Source: Antedon mediterranea
Lineage: Eukaryota > Animalia > Echinodermata
Assembly (NCBI RefSeq): GCF_964355755.1
Contig: NC_092672.1
Span: 37,020,437 to 37,084,436, forward strand
DNA length: 64,000 nt
Direction: 5' to 3'
Of this stretch, positions 61,718-64,000 are shown in pieces; positions within the stretch are counted from its first letter, which is position 1; each line of letters starts with the position of its first letter. A program made the translations under genes and the position numbers. Below the pieces are notes generated by a model. It made no database searches. It was given only the letters and a program-made list of their open reading frames with translations, and had not been told where the DNA came from.

Positions 61718-63037
61718 AAACACATTTCGAATTCAACCTCTTGTAATCTTAAAAACAACAAGTAAACAATTAGGCTAGCAAAAATATAATTGTATGTTGG
61801 ATATCATCATTAGGTAACACATTGTGTAAACATTTATTTGTTATTATGTTTTTATCTGTGACTGTGATTTCGATGTAGGCTATAATGCATATTTTTTATC
61901 TCTTCTCCATTTTGTTGATAATTTTGAATACATTGGAAGTATGGGAGGCCAACATGTATCCTAAAACATGGCGACAAAGTTGTTAATGTTTCAGTTTAAT
62001 TAAAAGATCAATATTGCAATTATAAATTTCGATAAAACTTGTATAATACTCAATACGTAATATCTAAAATTACATCAACATGCTGACAATTATAACGTGA
62101 TTCCAAACCGCAACCATTATAGAATGGCAACGCATCGATTGTGAGTGAAACCCGAGTAAACTCTCAACAAATACGATGCCGATGCATTTTGCACCAGGTG
62201 TAACACTGATGCACAATGTCGTTGCCCCTAACGTTATTGCACTCCTACTATTTACCAGCTCCGAATATGACACGACTTAATAAACACCTGTCCACACGAC
62301 GTGTAGTCTTGCGCGCAACCTAATTCGCGATGACAAGGTACTGTCGTCTGTTTTACAGGTAAAATTGCGCGCTTAATCTGCAGGCGATCTAATTGATGAA
62401 ATTGAGAGATTCTCGGTATGTCAGGCCCAGGGCTTGCACAACGGCACCGCGTGGGATTTAATTAAATGTGTAATTGACTATTACTCCGACTGTCGGCGGT
62501 GGTAAAAAGATGAACAGTTTCAAAATAGTATATTCGAGTGCCACTAAGGTTAGATTGTGTGTAATCGGTGTGGTGTTAAATGATTTCTGCAGCACTTAGA
62601 CACGCGCGGTGAACCGATTATCGGAATCCTACCGATATCTCCCCAGTTCCTAAATCAGTTTAAGTGCCCCCTTCGCGCCCTTCAACAACGTGGAGCTAAG
62701 TTCACATCGTGTGCGAGAATCATTTCGTCGTGTGAACAGTACGTGCTGCGTTATGACAATATTCTTTTTTTTAAACCAACAATTTAAAACATCATAAACA
62801 GTATATAAATAAAAGTAGTACAACAGGTAAATGCAAATAATATACTCGCAGCAAAACATAAATGACTATCGGAACCGTACTAAAATGCGCATGCGTTGAT
62901 GTCGACATGCGCGTAATTGATAAACATACACAGGGGCACTGGCATCGAATCGCTTTTAAATATAGGCGCGCATGCGTTGTCCTAAATGGAAAAAAAAATA
63001 TATACATATACATAACAGTCCAAGTCAGTTAACCTAA

Positions 63038-63203
63038 AGCCCTGTCTACACTATCAAACTTTATGTGACACAAATGCATTTGATGTGCCCATATATGGAC
63101 ATGATGATGTCATATCACTACCATATTTGAACATATCACTACCATATTTGGGCACATCACTACCATATTTTGATCAAACTAGTTTGATAGTGGAGACAGA
63201 GCT
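63038..63203 (-). mobile_element. MITE family A copy (reverse orientation, 3 internal units)
   Basis: Both TIRs; TAA and TTA flanks. Confidence 0.9.
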
Positions 63204-64000
63204 TTAGATGGAATATGTTACGGTATATACAAATAATAAAGCTATTTCATTAAATTACCCATAATTCTGTACGGTTATTGTCTGAATCAAGAGCAGTTGC
63301 TGTAAATTACAGTCATTATTGATATGGCTAACAACTCGAAATAAGTAATTACAATTTACGAGCTGCAGTCTTAATTGCAACTTTAATTGACTCCATTTAG
63401 CATAAATCTTTTCAGAATGAACTTGTTTTTTTGTTTGTTAATGATAGTGCATGAATTGTGTTATATTTGCCGGATTGTACAACTCAAACGTGACATGGTC
63501 GATTTTAGATGCCAATATGATCTATGGCAATCGATAAAGTCTCCAACAAAATATCGATTAAAGTTTATATATATCTATAATATCAGTAATATAAGTCGTA
63601 TATATATACATTATTTTTTCCTTGGAATATTGTTACAAATATTAATGTGAGAAGATGCTAACGCATTTTGCGTTTACGTAATATGCGCGCAACGCAAACG
63701 CGTTTGTCAAATCCATCAGAATTGTATTTCTAACTCATTTATCTTTATTCAGATGTCGTCTAAATTTTATAATAAATTGATTTACATTCTAACCTTTAAA
63801 GACAAACGTTTTTACTTGTAGTAATTAGTCAGTACAATTTATTTTGTTCTTAATTTATACGTAATGTTATACTTTCTATGGACCAAAGATTGAATAAATT
63901 GAATGACTGATCAGTAACAGAGTTATCACATGTTAGGTTAAATTGGGCTCTGTAAATATTGGTTCTGTATCATAAATTGAAAGCATTGCTTCATTGATAT

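Noticed and set aside
60656-62859. Hydrophobic ORFs (60656-60922, 62070-62273, 62650-62859) as the nAChR signal-peptide exon
   Set aside because: I could not find a phase-1 GT donor in frame with the exon starting at 59786, so exon 1 is left unassigned.

Overview
AT-rich, intron-rich animal genomic DNA, most likely a marine invertebrate (a Deu-domain-like SINE hints at a deuterostome; taxon is inference only). I could trace seven spliced protein-coding genes through GT-AG junctions: MZT2 (-), RANBP1 (+), an SLC6 glycine/proline-type transporter (-), RABGEF1/Rabex-5 (+), UBE2G1 (+), a cyclic-nucleotide-gated channel subunit (-) and a nicotinic acetylcholine receptor alpha subunit (-, signal-peptide exon not located). 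Introns and intergenic DNA carry several PIF/Harbinger-type MITE families, other non-autonomous DNA elements, tRNA-derived SINEs, truncated LINEs and many minisatellites. Three non-coding signals stand out. (1) Two different minimal type-I hammerhead ribozyme motifs lie in a (TA)n microsatellite in an nAChR intron, in the sense orientation, with a duplicated 125-bp Penelope-pLTR-like segment. (2) Two near-identical U43/SNORD43-like C/D snoRNAs sit in RANBP1 introns, with an extra 18S-pairing loop. (3) AGGCCTAG clusters follow every housekeeping-gene 5' end, and one orphan cluster may mark a hidden promoter. All calls come from reading the sequence; no searches were run.
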